Source: Tubiluchus corallicola
Taxonomy: Eukaryota > Animalia > Priapulida
Assembly: GCA_030141605.1 (NCBI GenBank)
Contig: JAQGDQ010000411.1
Location: forward strand, 142,832 to 206,831
Length of the DNA: 64,000 bases
Reading direction: 5' to 3'
Below, piece after piece: positions 11,966-24,358 of the stretch. The notes beneath the pieces are model-generated. The model was not told where the DNA came from. It ran no database searches and worked only from the letters and a program-made list of their open reading frames with translations. The position numbers and the translations under genes are program-made. Numbering within the stretch: position 1 is the stretch's first letter; the number at the start of each line of letters is the position of its first letter.

Positions 11966-13207
11966 GTAAGTACCTTGTGCAATGTTCACCTAACCTTCGG
12001 TTGCATCATTCTCAACCAAAAGGTGGCAAAATTTACTCAACGTAAGTACCTTGTGCAATGTTCACCTAACCTTCGGTTGCATCATTCTCAACCGAAAGGC
12101 AGCAAAATTTACTCAACTTAAGTACTGTGTGCAATGTTCACCTAACCTTCGGTTGCATCATTCTCAACCGAAAGGCAGCAAAATTTACTCAACTTAAGTA
12201 CCGTGTGCAATGTTCTCCTAACCTTCGGTTGCATCATTCTCAACCGAAAGGCAGCAAAATTTACTCAACTTAAGTACCGTGTGCAATGTTCACCTAACCT
12301 TCGGTTGCATCATTCTCAACCGAAAGGCAGCAAAATTTACTCAACATAAGTACCGTGTGCAATGTTCACCTAACCTTCGGTTGCATCATTCTCAACCAAA
12401 AGGCAGCAAAATTTACTCAACGTAAGCATCATGTGCAATGTTCACCTAACCTTCGGTTGCATCAATCTCAACCAAAAGGCAGCAAAATTTACTCAGCGTA
12501 AGTACCGTGTACAATGTTCACCTAACCTTCGGTTGCATCATTCTCAACCGAAAGGTGGCAAAATTTACTCAACGTAAGTACCTTGTGCAATGTTCACCTA
12601 ACCTTCGGTTGCATCATTCTCAACCGAAAGGCAGCAAAATTTACTCAACTTAAGTACTGTGTGCAATGTTCACCTAACCTTCGGTTGCATCATTCTCAAC
12701 CGAAAGGCAGCAAAATTTACTCAACTTAAGTACCGTGTGCAATGTTCTCCTAACCTTCGGTTGCATCATTCTCAACCGAAAGGCAGCAAAATTTACTCAA
12801 CTTAAGTACCGTGTGCAATGTTCACCTAACCTTCGGTTGCATCATTCTCAACCGAAAGGCAGCAAAATTTACTCAACATAAGTACCGTGTGCAATGTTCA
12901 CCTAACCTTCGGTTGCATCATTCTCAACCAAAAGGCAGCAAAATTTACTCAATGTAAGCATCATGTGCAATGTTCACCTAACCTTCGGTTGCATCAATCT
13001 CAACCAAAAGGCAGCAAAATTTACTCAGCGTAAGTACCGTGTACAATGTTCACCTAACCTTCGGTTGCGTCATTCTCAACCGAAATGCAGCAAAATTTAC
13101 TCAGCGTAAGTACCGTGTACAATGTTCACCTAACCTTCGGTTGCATCATTCTCAACCGAAAGGCAGCAAAATTTACTCAACGTAAGTACCATGTGCAGTG
13201 TTCACCT
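11916..13207 (+). repeat. 76-bp tandem array, 17 copies, made of the exon's last 50 nt plus donor and 26 nt of intron
   Basis: AACCTTCGG at 11916, 11992, 12068...; the first unit overlaps the coding exon. Confidence 0.96.
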
Positions 13208-14809
13208 ATTTTTTGTTTTTAAGTTAAACTAAACCCTCACTATAGTATAAGTTTTTACAGCTTAAAATCCAACTCTCATTACGAATATTCAATTTATTAT
13301 AATTTTACTGCAAACTTGTTTCTTTTGATTCTTTATCACTTCGTTGTTAGCGATTTTAAATATGAAGAATCACCATTTTCGTTGCGCGACACGAATTACG
13401 TAACGAGTACAGTCATGAGGTCACAAAAGATCGGTAAACAAACATCGGTAACTAAAGACGGTTTCTGTACCTCTTACGTCATTCTCGCTCACTCACGGCA
13501 AAGATGTGAAACATGGCGTCTTTACGGCAATGCACGCGTTCGAAATTTGCCGGAAAGAGGTAAATTATTTAATTTAAAAGTCGCTTATGTTCAATAATAA
13601 CTATGAATTCTTTGTGTAATCATAATAATGTGTTAAAAAGCTTCTAGCTGTGTCTGCTGGTGTTACTTAGCGTTTAAAACTCACATGTGTTATGTTTTGT
13701 GCAAAAGCACGTTCTCGAAGGCACAAAAACTGCAATTCCATTTATAGTAAATTGAGAATGTGCTTTCGTGTGAAACACATCAGGTGCATATGAATTTGAA
13801 ATTAAAACTAGTAAAACTTCTACCAGCTTCGCTACAATTAAACAGTCAAACCTCCTTATAACGCCCCCTTCTGTTTCAATGCCAACTTCACTTAATGCCC
13901 AAATTTTTGGCAAAACAACATATCTGTGTTTGGGGTAGGATAGACCTGCATGTAGTAATGCTGTTTATTATAATGCCAAAGTTGTTTAAAGCAAAACAGG
14001 ATGATTTTTCATATCCTACGCTATTTTGAAGTATAGAAAATGTATTTTAACACGTAAAGAGCCAAAGCGTTTCTGATAATTAAATAATAGGTTTAGAACT
14101 TAATTAACGGCGGGCAAGTCCAGCTAGCGATAACGTCACAAATGTACAAAATTATCAACAGCAGAACCATACGTGAGCGTGTTGAACGTGTTTGCGGAAG
14201 CGAAAATTAAAGTACAGTGCTACTGTATAACATTAGTTGTACTATAGAAAAACACGGCAAATTTTAAGATAACAATTCATATTCACAATTGCTGTGCCAT
14301 GCATGAGCACTTGAACGTGTGTATTACGTCACAAACGAACAACGCTGAAGTGAGAAGTGCAACACCTTTTTTCTACAATGCGTTCCTGAAATGGCTCTAG
14401 TGCCCGTCCAGCCAGCGAATGGCAAAATTCTTGTAACAGGGAAGAACTAGTGGCGCGAACGAGAAATTGTGTTTGTCTGAAAATAATTGTTTCACGTAAG
14501 TCATTTTTGAAGAAATAGTATGTTTCCTTTTAATATTTTAACGTGCAAATTGTGTTGAGCTACAGTTTAAGATTTGGGGGGGGGGGATAAAGAGGTTTGA
14601 TTGTATATTCTGAAGCCTGGGGTTTTTGACTTCAACATTCTTAAGTGATTTGATTGCAACATCCCAAAGGACCTCGTCCAGTCATCGTACGAGTGTTTCT
14701 GAGTCAGACACGGTCATTACCTTCTCCTAAGCTACAGTGTATTATCAAATTACTTGGGAAGCTCTTAAGCAAATCAAATTAAACATTGTGCCTGTTGTTC
14801 TTCTTCCAG

Positions 14810-14907
14810 AAAAGCCAATTCGTCTTCAAACTTAGGTGGATTAGCCAATGATATATTATCCAACTCAAAGTCTCCTAGTTCGAGAGGATCAACACCGCCC
14901 ACACCAG
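14810..14907 (+). CDS. CACNB: Cav beta exon (HOOK): KANSSSNLGGLANDILSNSKSPSSRGSTPPTP
   Basis: CAG/GT, phase 2-1, joins previous exon in frame; NSSS.LG and TPP motifs typical of HOOK. Confidence 0.92.
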
Positions 14908-15074
14908 GTAATTTACGTGTGAACGTGTGTTTTTTTTTATTTTTATTATTTGTAAAGAAAGGTAATTATTTGCTGACAGTGAAAAATTACCTGCATACAT
15001 GTTTTATCTGCACATGGAAGTAGTATGATTTTATATTTGCATTAATATTTACACCCAGTGGCGCCTGTGACAGG

Positions 15075-15575
15075 CTGAGTGAATAAATGGGAGGGTGAAC
15101 GGAATGAGTGAGTGAATGGATGGGTGAGTGAATGGAATGGGTGAGTGAACGGATGGGTGAGTGAATGGAATGGGTGAGTGAACGGATGGGTGAGTGAACG
15201 GAATGGGTGAGTGAACGGATGGGGGTGAACAGAATGCGTGAGTGAACGAATGGGTGAGTGAATGGAATGGGTGAGTGAACGGACAGGTGGGTGAATGGAA
15301 TGGGTGAGTGAACGGATTGGTGAGTGAACGGACAGGTGGGTGAATGGAATGGGTGAGTGAACGGATTGGTGAGTGAACGGATGGGGGTGAACAGAATGCG
15401 TGAGTGAACGAATGGGTGAGTGAATGGAATGGGTGAGTGAACGGACAGGTGGGTGAATGGAATGGGTGAGTGAACGGATTGGTGAGTGAACGGACAGGTG
15501 GGTGAATGGAATGGGTGAGTGAACGGATTGGTGAGTGAACGGAATGGGTGAGTGAACGGATGGGTGAGTGAACGA
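15075..15575. repeat. Complex GGGTGAGTGAACGGAT-type minisatellite
   Basis: Variants of GGGTGAGTGAA(C/T)GGA; explains ORF 15049-15609. Confidence 0.93.
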
Positions 15576-15748
15576 ATAGGTTTCCTCTAACGGAATAATG
15601 CAGTATCATTATATAATGTTGTTAGTACGATATATATATATATACTCGAGAAGCTCCAGACTGGCATTGTTCTCGACAATTTGGGTGCACAGAAGCCAAG
15701 TCACTGTTACTGCATCGCCACCATTTCACGGCTTCTGTAATTTTATAG

Positions 15749-15895
15749 CAAAGCCATTTGTTGCCCCGAAACAATTTCCTGCAAATCCGTTTCGAAAGAA
15801 CAAGGATAAAGCTGCCCTCCACCAGAAGTGGAGGCAGTGGGAGTATCAGCTTCAGCAACAGTCGTCAGTAGAAGATGAGGAGGATGAATCTTCAG
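15749..15895 (+). CDS. CACNB: Candidate alternative HOOK exon: AKPFVAPKQFPANPFRKNKDKAALHQKWRQWEYQLQQQSSVEDEEDESS
   Basis: TTTTATAG acceptor, CAG/GTGAC donor, 147 bp, phase 1-1, open in the CACNB frame. Confidence 0.55.
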
Positions 15896-16727
15896 GTGAC
15901 ACAGCATGATTGTGGCTAACCCTATCAGCTCTGATCATGTTTTCATGCTGGTCATGCGTAAATAAAACTCTTCTGTGGTGCTCTAACTGCTGCTGCTCTT
16001 ACTAACAATCTGTCTTTCCATTTCTTTGTGTTTGTAATTACACATCTAATTCATTGTAAGAATCTTTCGTACAAGATGGGAAAACGAATTAATCTTTAAA
16101 TTCTCTTCTGATTAAACGAAAACTGGACGATTGATTAGTGTTAAACTCATTTTAATTTACTGTCCAAAATATACATTTGTTTATAAAAGTTTGCTGTTGA
16201 ATAATTAATTCAGAAACTAATTGATGGCAATTGAACACAAGTTTCGCTTACATCACAAACTAACCACAGTTTGTGTGATGGTAGGCATTTTCATCAATCA
16301 TAAGGAAAGATTGCATTGAGATGCTGATGTGATGTCACGAAAATTAGCTCTACGTGACACTGACATCACAGAAGAACACTGCAGTTCATCATCATGCTTA
16401 TCACGGTACCGCGCCTATTTGTCGGCCACACAGATGTGACAAAAAGATGTCCTCATAGCAAGTTTAACAAAATTTAACTATCTTGGGTAATCTAAGCCTT
16501 GATTTATAAAAGTTGTAGTTTTAAATATTTTGAACCATATTTAATTTTGAACTAATGTCTACACAACCGTCTGGTTTTCCTTTAACTGTTGCTGTTTGCT
16601 TATGTAAACATCTTAAGTAGGACATTGTATGTTGTAAATTTGCTGAGTGAAGATATAATACATTGTATAATGTGTATTTTAACTTTTGCTTATAAAAATT
16701 TTGTTAAATGACAACATGGTGCATAAG

Positions 16728-17200
16728 ATGTTTTAACATTTTAACATTTACTTGTGTAAGTCTGTTAAGTGAGAACATAGCACATTAGATGTTTTAACAT
16801 TTGCTTGTGTAAGTCTGTTAAGTAAAACATAGCACATTAGATGTTTTAACATTTGCTCGTGTAAGTCTGTTAAGTGAAACATAGAACATTAGATGTTTTA
16901 ACATTTGCTTGTGTAAGTCTGTTAAGTGAGAACATAACACATTAGATGTTTTAACATTTTTGCTTGTGTAAGTCTGTTAAGTGAGAACATAGCACATTAG
17001 CTGTTTTAACATTTGCTTGTGTAAGTCTGTTAAGCAAGAACATAGCACATTAGATGTTTTAACATTTGCTTGTGTAAGTCTGTTAAGTGAGAACATAGCA
17101 CATTAGCTGTTTTAACATTTGCTTGTGTAAGTCTGTTAAGCAAGAACATAGCACATTAGATGTTTTAACATTTGCTTGTGTAAGTCTGTTAAGCAAGAAC
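16728..17200. repeat. ~53-bp intronic minisatellite, ~9 copies
   Basis: TTAGATGTTTTAACATTTGCTTGTGTAAGTCTGTTAAGTGAGAACATAGCACA repeated. Confidence 0.92.
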
Positions 17201-17386
17201 TTAGGACATTACATGTTTTGACATATAAATTATGTAAATTTGCTAGTAAGAACATGGTGCATTGTACTTTGGACATTTGCTTGTGTAAGCAGACTAAATC
17301 TCTAATGATGGTTGGCATTGCATTGTGGTGTTCATTAATTTTATTAAAAATCACGAATGTGCCGTCAACACTTTTGAATTTCTCAG

Positions 17387-17424
17387 GAAGTCCTACTAAA
17401 GTAAAATTTCAACAACAGCAAGAG
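17387..17424 (+). CDS. CACNB: Candidate short alternative HOOK exon: GSPTKVKFQQQQE
   Basis: TTTCTCAG acceptor, GAG/GTGAT donor, 38 bp, phase 1-0 (same as exon 19062-19177). Confidence 0.5.
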
Positions 17425-19061
17425 GTGATAAGTTGAATTCAAAACACAAGTATAATGAAAATAGCAGTGTGAATTCAGTAACACACACTATGATGATATT
17501 AAAATTTGTGAAAAATTGTGTAATTTCGCAAATGAACCTAGCTATATAAATTTGCTTTAACTTTGCATGTTTTAACAACTGCTCATGACTTATGTGAATA
17601 TGTGTGAACATAACACATTGTATGTTGTATGTTTTAACATTTTTTGCTTGTGTAACTCTTTAAGTGAAACACTAATACATTGGAACTGCACGAATTTGGA
17701 GATGTATAATTAGTATTGCAATACCTCATCGAGTGGACTAACCTATTTTAGTGAATTTGGTACCTGTTAGTAACTAAGTTTGGCATAATGCTTGTTCTTA
17801 ATCTGACATTGGATGCATAAAATTTAATGCACAGACTTTAGCATCTCTCTACTTTAAACTTTGCTTTTGATGTTTATTCTAATTACTATGATTGTTTAAT
17901 TGTAAATTTATGCATGTGATTTACTTAGAGAATCTTAATTATGCAATTAAACAAAACTGATCTATATTCTTCACTATTTATAGCAAGGCTAAACTGTGGA
18001 CACGAGTGGTTAAACATGAAAAACTGATATAAACATGATTACAGTAAAAACAAATTTTAATGCAAAATAAGGAAACGGAAGAGGCTCTTTCTGATAACAT
18101 GTTACCCCCTATGTTGTTGCTTCTCATTTTTTTAAATTTGTGTTAACTCCTTCAGGACCGCACCATTCAAAGTAGGTCTTGTAAGACCTATGACTTTTCC
18201 ACTACTGTATGAGCACAGACATAACTAAATGATTATAAATTAGGTACTGTTCTATTCAGGTGAATCTCGGCTATCCAATTATGCTGTTTGTTTAAACATT
18301 TATAAGTGATTTAAGTAGATATAATTAAGAAAAACACGCCCTTTTCAAGAACTCCAACTTAGCTTATCGAGTAGCTTAGTCTGGTGTACACTTGTGTGAT
18401 CGTACACACTATTTTATTGATCGCCTGCTTGCTACAGTCCAGAGAACTGTCTGCTGTACAGCGTTCCAAGAAAACCAATCGATCAGCCAAGGAGAAATTA
18501 AGGTTGTTTCATCTCTTAATAGGAATTTCTGCATAAAAATAGAGTAGACTTGAGGTCAAAGTTTATCAGTGTGTTGTGTCTGGATAATTGAAATTTTCTG
18601 CATTAGCTGATTTGACTTTTAAGGATCATTTCCATAGTATGTGTCGCAAGAGGTGCAGACAAAACTGAACACCAGAACACCTTTACACAAGCGATACTGT
18701 ACATTGTTACAGTGCAAATGCTGCAGTTACTGAAAGCTTTTTCTCAATTAGTTCGTCAAAATCGATTTTTAATTTGTCTAAGGCAACCAAATGCACTTCA
18801 TATATAATTTTGCATGAGAATCCATTATGTGAGGAGTAGAAACCTACAAACATTATCAAATATAATATAATCGCTGCTTAGTGAGAGCAGTTTTTCACGA
18901 ATCCATGCAAAATATACAAAATATAAAATGCAGCGAACGCTTACGGTCCTGATGGAGGAGTTAAAGCTTCTAAATGTGAAGTCTTAACTAGATGCCCCTC
19001 CAGTATTCTAGTATACCATAAAGTTTGTAAATAACTAAACAATGTTTTTTTCTGTTTCTAG

Positions 19062-19177
19062 ATCAGAATGGTTTAGATGGGACACCAGGGGAAGATTCCG
19101 ATAGTTTAGGAAACTCAAAGTCGCCTAAGGGGAACATCACTCCTGCTAAGGAGAAGAGGAAACCATTCTTCAAAAAG
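19062..19177 (+). CDS. CACNB: Cav beta long HOOK exon: DQNGLDGTPGEDSDSLGNSKSPKGNITPAKEKRKPFFKK
   Basis: TAG/GT, phase 1-0; KEKR.PFFKK motif. Confidence 0.95.
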
Positions 19178-19279
19178 GTACAAAACTTTGCAGCTCAGGT
19201 GTGGAGGGTGAAAAAATACCTGCATGATTGCATTCTGCAGTTAATTGCTGCTCACATGCCATACGAGTAGAACAATGCT

Positions 19280-19435
19280 CTGTCTCTTTCTTTCTCACTC
19301 CCTCCCACCCCCTCTCTTTATTTCTTTCTCTCTCTCCCTCTCTCCCCTTATCTCTCTCTCTTTCTTGCCTGATCTCTCCTCTCTCTCTCCCTCCCTCTCT
19401 CTCTCTCTCTATCTCCCTTTCCTTCTCTCTCTCGC
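19280..19435. repeat. Imperfect (CT)n tract
   Basis: Polypyrimidine CT-rich run. Confidence 0.9.
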
Positions 19436-19634
19436 CTTGTCAGTCGTATAAATATCCTGTAATCTTTCTTAACTTGTTCTTAATCTTTCTGTAAATGTCA
19501 AATGTGCACTGGCTTTCGTTAGTTACAAATAATTTTAGTAGATGGCAGCATTACTGTTAAGTGTTAACACTGATGGAATTACATCTACTAAAAATTTTAC
19601 CAGTACGAATTGTTAATCAGCTAATTCTTTTCAG

Positions 19635-19774
19635 CCTGACAATGTACCTCCTTACGATGTTGTGCCTTCAATGAGACCTGTCGTGCTAGTGGGACCCTCG
19701 CTAAAGGGTTACGAAGTAACTGATATGATGCAAAAAGCGATTTTTGACTTTCTCAAACACAAGTTTGAAGGAAG
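19635..19774 (+). CDS. CACNB: Cav beta exon (last SH3 strand, start of GK): [46 protein letters not shown]
   Basis: [29 protein letters not shown] is near-invariant in Cav beta. Confidence 0.98.
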
Positions 19775-20872
19775 GTGAGTTTTCTGCTTATATCATAACA
19801 TTATATTTGTGCAAATCCACAGTTATAACCAATTTTATGGAGGAAAGGTCATTTAGCTAATTAAATGTGGCTCACACTAAAAGTAGTTATGGCCACCCCT
19901 CTGCCTTTGTTGAGCATGTTCTCCATACACAAGTTTAAGGTCTCATTATAGTTGTACATTCATAATAAATCTGAGATTTTCATTTAGTAGCTAGATATTA
20001 ACTCAGTGGTGTGCGAAATTATATATGTGTGGCTGGTTGGTTTTCACCATGTTTACGCTATTGGTCACTAGGGGTCAAGCAGTGTATCAATTTTTCATCT
20101 AAGAAATATTATGATTCTCATTAAGGAATTTTTTTTTAATTTACTGTCCATAACTTATTGCAAACTCTGCGACAGTTGTTGCGAGTTACTGTCTAGTATG
20201 TATGCCTCGGTGAGTTTCTCACGGTGAATAGAGAAGTTAGTATTATCAGAGAGTAACGCAGAAAGTTTTGCTCTCAGTCTAAACGAGCTTGTGAGTTACT
20301 TTCGAGATTTGCAGAACAAGTTTTGCTCTCAAATCTGAACACACTTGTGAGTTACTCATGACATTTGTAGCAGCGAATAGAGAAGTGAGCATCAACTCAC
20401 ACTTACTGTCAGAGAATAACTCGTAGCACGTTTTGCTTTCTAATCTGAACACGCAAGTTACTCACGACATTTCTAGCAGCGAATAGAGAAGAGAGTGTCA
20501 GCACATGCTTACTATCACAAAGTAACTCGCAGCAAGTTTTGCTGTCCAGTGTGAACATGCTTACTAGTCTAAATGCGCCATGAGGCTGTTTTAAATTCAA
20601 TTTCACAATTTTAATATTGGCCTTAAAACAATCTAGTCTGTTGTTCTTATGTACTGGTCATTATATGTTGACACTAGGTGGGATGTTCGTGCATCACTGA
20701 TCAGTTTGTATACTTCTAATTGGATCTGCCATGTTATTCGACTACTTTTCCTCAGTTCTGCAACATTTTGCATATCCTTGCTACTTCATAAATATTGCTT
20801 TATCTCGACTAATACTGATCTTTTAATTTGTACAAGATTTCTAGTTATAAATCTTTGTTGTTTTTCTCACAG

Positions 20873-20985
20873 GATAACAATAACCAGGGTAACAGCAGAC
20901 ATTTCTCTAGCGAAGCGATCTTTGCTTAATAATCCAAGTAAACGTGCTATAATGGAACGCTCCAACAGTAGATCATCTTGTCTGG
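20873..20985 (+). CDS. CACNB: Cav beta GK exon: [37 protein letters not shown]
   Basis: AG/GT, phase 2-1; [14 protein letters not shown] motif. Confidence 0.98.
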
Positions 20986-21028
20986 GTAGGAAAATTCTCT
21001 CAGAACTGTGTTAGCATTAGTGATATTA

Positions 21029-21725
21029 CACTCATATCTCGGTTTGCTGGACCTTGCTTTCATGGATATCGGAAAAGTTTAACAAAACCCGGGCTGTTAA
21101 GAGGTCCAGCATACTACGGACATTTTTTTTGGACAGTCCGTTTTTTCGCGAGCTGACCGCTAGTTGACACACCGTCACTCTGTTTACATCATTACATCAG
21201 TGTAACTAAGTAGCATGTAACGAGTGTACTTAAAGTGATTGTTTCTATGTATACTATAGTGCACAAAAGGGAAGTAAGATGACATAAATATAGTAAAAGC
21301 TCATTGGTCACACAAAAGTGTCCTATTTAAGCACTTAAAGTGTACTGTACTTAAACTTTAAGTACTTAAACTGTACTTAAAGTGATTGTTTCTATGTATA
21401 CTATAGTGCACAAAAGGGAAGTAAGACGACATAAATATAGTAAAAGCTCATTGGTCACACAAAAGTATCCTATTTAAGCACGTGCAGAAAAAATATAGAG
21501 TCAATTATTCGGAATTATTTGAGTCAATTGCGACAGTTTTTATATACTTTTGCATAGGAGAGGCCCATACTAGACGTTTTTGAGACAATTAGGCGACTAA
21601 TTCTACATTATCGTAAGTCTAATACACGGCTCCTAGTGTATTAGCTTAGTTTCAGCTAATACGGAAAATCGGCAAATTCGCACCAACATCTCCCTGCTAT
21701 TGTCCGTCAAACTGAGACATGAGTG
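21029..21725. mobile_element. MITE family C, ~700 bp, TA-flanked (Tc1/mariner-type)
   Basis: TA|CACTCATATCTCGGTTTG ... CAAACTGAGACATGAGTG|TA inverted ends; inverted relative at ~55680-56060. Confidence 0.75.
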
Positions 21726-21736
21726 TATTATGAATT

Positions 21737-22260
21737 TAAAGGAAATGTCAAGCTTTTTGAGAAGTGGGCCCTATTTCAATTTTGCGCAAATGTTAGCAGG
21801 ATTTAGTAATAAAAGTGCAATAAGCGCTTCGCGTAACTAGTAAAATCATTTTAAATTCAAGATCATTTCACGGTTTGGCTCTTCCATTTTGAACATCCAT
21901 TCTTCCACCTCTGACGTCTTTCACTGAGTGAAGAAAAGCAATGCACTGTCACTTTCCATCAAAAACTGTAATACTTTTATACAAAATTGGATAGTTCACT
22001 TTGCGATATCTTTCCATGAACGTTGGGTATTTTGCAGCACTCTGAATTAGTTTAAGCCACGACGGGTTTACAAAAAATCATCAAGTCCACTAGTTACATC
22101 ATGATTTTCAAGTGAATGGCAGCTACCACCGCGCCTGAAAATTTCTATGCAGTGATAGTGCAAATTAAAATTATGCTTTATAGATATTTTTTACAAATTT
22201 CTTTTGTTATATTTTTCTAAGTTTAAGCAGTAACAGTAAAATAAACCCAACGTGGCGAAA
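21737..22260. mobile_element. Interspersed repeat D starting TTAAAGG (Kolobok-like end)
   Basis: Aligns in the same orientation with 55193-55678. Confidence 0.6.
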
Positions 22261-22609
22261 CACATGGTCCTTTACTTCAAAAACTATCATGTTGGTTGAT
22301 TTATAACTGTGTGACAGTCAATTTATAAAACCACACTTTATCCGAATCACAAAAAATGAGCTTGAAAACAAGAGTTTTCACGAATTTCCCGTCGTTGTCA
22401 AATGTTAGTTTATTTTAATACGAAATCTTTATTAAAAAATATTAAAAATATTTACCAAAAAGTATAAAATATGAAACGAGTATAAAACTTATATACAGCG
22501 CAGATAAATTTTACATATAAAAATGGTTAGTTAAAAGATTATGGTTAAAAACACAGAGCCTAGGTTACCTATGCGTGCTTGTTAAAAGATAAATGATTAT
22601 TAAGGTTTA

Positions 22610-22790
22610 CACATTTTAAACGTTTTTTAAAAGCTTTCCTACTCTGAGCACTGACCAAGGAGGCACCATCGACAGTCTCAGGGAGTTGATTCCAGATTTG
22701 AATTATTCTGTTTGATAGAAAGTTTTAAAAACAATCAAGTCGGCAGTGAGCGGGCTGTAACTTCAAGTGGTGCCCACTGGTTACATTAGA
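22610..22790 (-). mobile_element. CR1-type LINE 3' fragment
   Basis: Minus strand gives GHHLKL...CRLDCF*NFLSNRIIQIWNQLPETV...AFKKRL, the typical CR1 ORF2 tail. Confidence 0.75.
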
Positions 22791-23078
22791 TAAAGCTGCT
22801 TTGCCAAAAATACATGTTTGCCTATGGTACTATCTCTGTGTAATGTAGAATTTATATATGTAATTTGTATTTTAATAAGTATTTATTATGTTTACAAACA
22901 TTGTTTATTTTAATACTTATTGTTTATTTTAATACTTTATGCCATTGTAACATTAATGTCAGTTACAAAAGATCAAGCAAACACTAATTTTATTTTTTAG
23001 CTATGTGGGGTGCAGTGGTCAGTGCTGCCACCTTCAGAGTGAAATAGAAAACTATATGGCAATCTATGTTTTTTTCAG

Positions 23079-23230
23079 CTGAAGTGCAGCAGGAAATTGA
23101 ACGAATATTTGAGCTGGCACGGACGTTACAACTTATAGTTTTAGACTGTGACACAATCAATCATCCTTCACAGCTTGCCAAAACCTCGCTTGCTCCAATT
23201 ATAGTGTATTTGAAAATTTCTTCCCAAAAG
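23079..23230 (+). CDS. CACNB: Cav beta GK exon: [51 protein letters not shown]
   Basis: AG/GT, phase 1-0; [21 protein letters not shown] motif. Confidence 0.98.
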
Positions 23231-23667
23231 GTAAGTAGGACGACTAATAATTAATATCAAGAACAAAGTTTTGTTTATGGAGAAAGAATATTATTGAGAT
23301 AATTTATTCATAATTTCGTTATCATAAAGATTATTTCAAGATTGTTATTAATGGGGAAATAAACCAATGATTATGGTTGAAGGTATTAGAGCTGTAAGCT
23401 AAAGATCCCTGGTTCAAATCCTGGTTGTTTCCAGATTTTCTACCTTTCAGAACTTTAAATAATTGTAAATACATTCTGTACTTTATGTATAACAGTCATA
23501 CAAGACTTCTATTGCACAATTCTTTTAAACCACAGTATAATGGCTAAAATTATTTTGTGATATTAGAATTTGGTTCCTATTTTTCTGTGCTTCTGCACTA
23601 TGGTATATTGGTCATATTGAATTTTTATTGAGTAAGCATGCCTGGAATGGTGTACATTCAGTAACAG

Positions 23668-23940
23668 TAATTCAGGCATGCCATTGGTCAAAATGTTTGG
23701 ATACAGTACTCATCTATGTACTATTCAGGCATGCCATTGGTCAAAATGTTTGGACACAGTACTCATCTGCATGATCAACAGTAATTCAGGCATGCCATTG
23801 GTCAAAATGTTTGGATACAGTACTCATCTATGTACTATTCAGGCATGCCATTGGTCAAAATGTTTGGACACAGTACTCATCTGCGTGATCTACAGTAATT
23901 CAGGCATGCCATTGGTCAAAATGTTTGGATACAGTACTTG
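23668..23940. repeat. Tandem repeat alternating 53/61-bp units (5 units)
   Basis: TTCAGGCATGCCATTGGTCAAAATGTTTGGA at 23671, 23724, 23785, 23838, 23899. Confidence 0.9.
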
Positions 23941-24262
23941 ATCTACTGCAGCTTAGCAGTGATTTCAGTCCATGTGCCCTCGAGGTTGAACGCAACTGCT
24001 ACCAGTACATACGTGCCTGGAAGGGTAACAGTAGTTCAAACATAACACGTATACTACTCAAAGTCAGCCCATGCGTAACTGTGTAACCTTTATGGGTAGT
24101 AATTACTGTAGGATTACTGAGGACCTGTAGGTGCAGGTGTAGTAATTACTGTAGTACTACTGAGGACCTCTAGGTGGAGGTGTAGTAATTACTGTAGTAC
24201 TACTGAGGACCTCTAGGTGGAGGTGTACTAATAATGTAACGAATGTCACCTTCTGTTTTCAG

Positions 24263-24358
24263 GTTCTTGCCAGGTTGATAAAATCTAGGGGTAAATCTCA
24301 GAGTCGGAATTTGAATATGCAGCTTGTTGCTGCAGAAAAACTAGCACAGTGCAGTCAG
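24263..24358 (+). CDS. CACNB: Cav beta GK exon: [32 protein letters not shown]
   Basis: AG/GT, phase 0-0; [15 protein letters not shown] motif. Confidence 0.98.

Noticed and set aside
15049-15609. 186-aa His/Pro/Ser-rich ORF on the - strand
   Set aside because: Translation of the GTGAGTGAA minisatellite inside a CACNB intron.
18156-18180. Another possible short HOOK exon after CTCCTTCAG
   Set aside because: Reads GPHHSK then TAG in the required phase; nearby donors give no compatible phase.
23370-23430. tRNA gene suggested by GGTTCAAATCC
   Set aside because: Only a B-box and T-arm; no acceptor stem or D-arm, probably a SINE relic.
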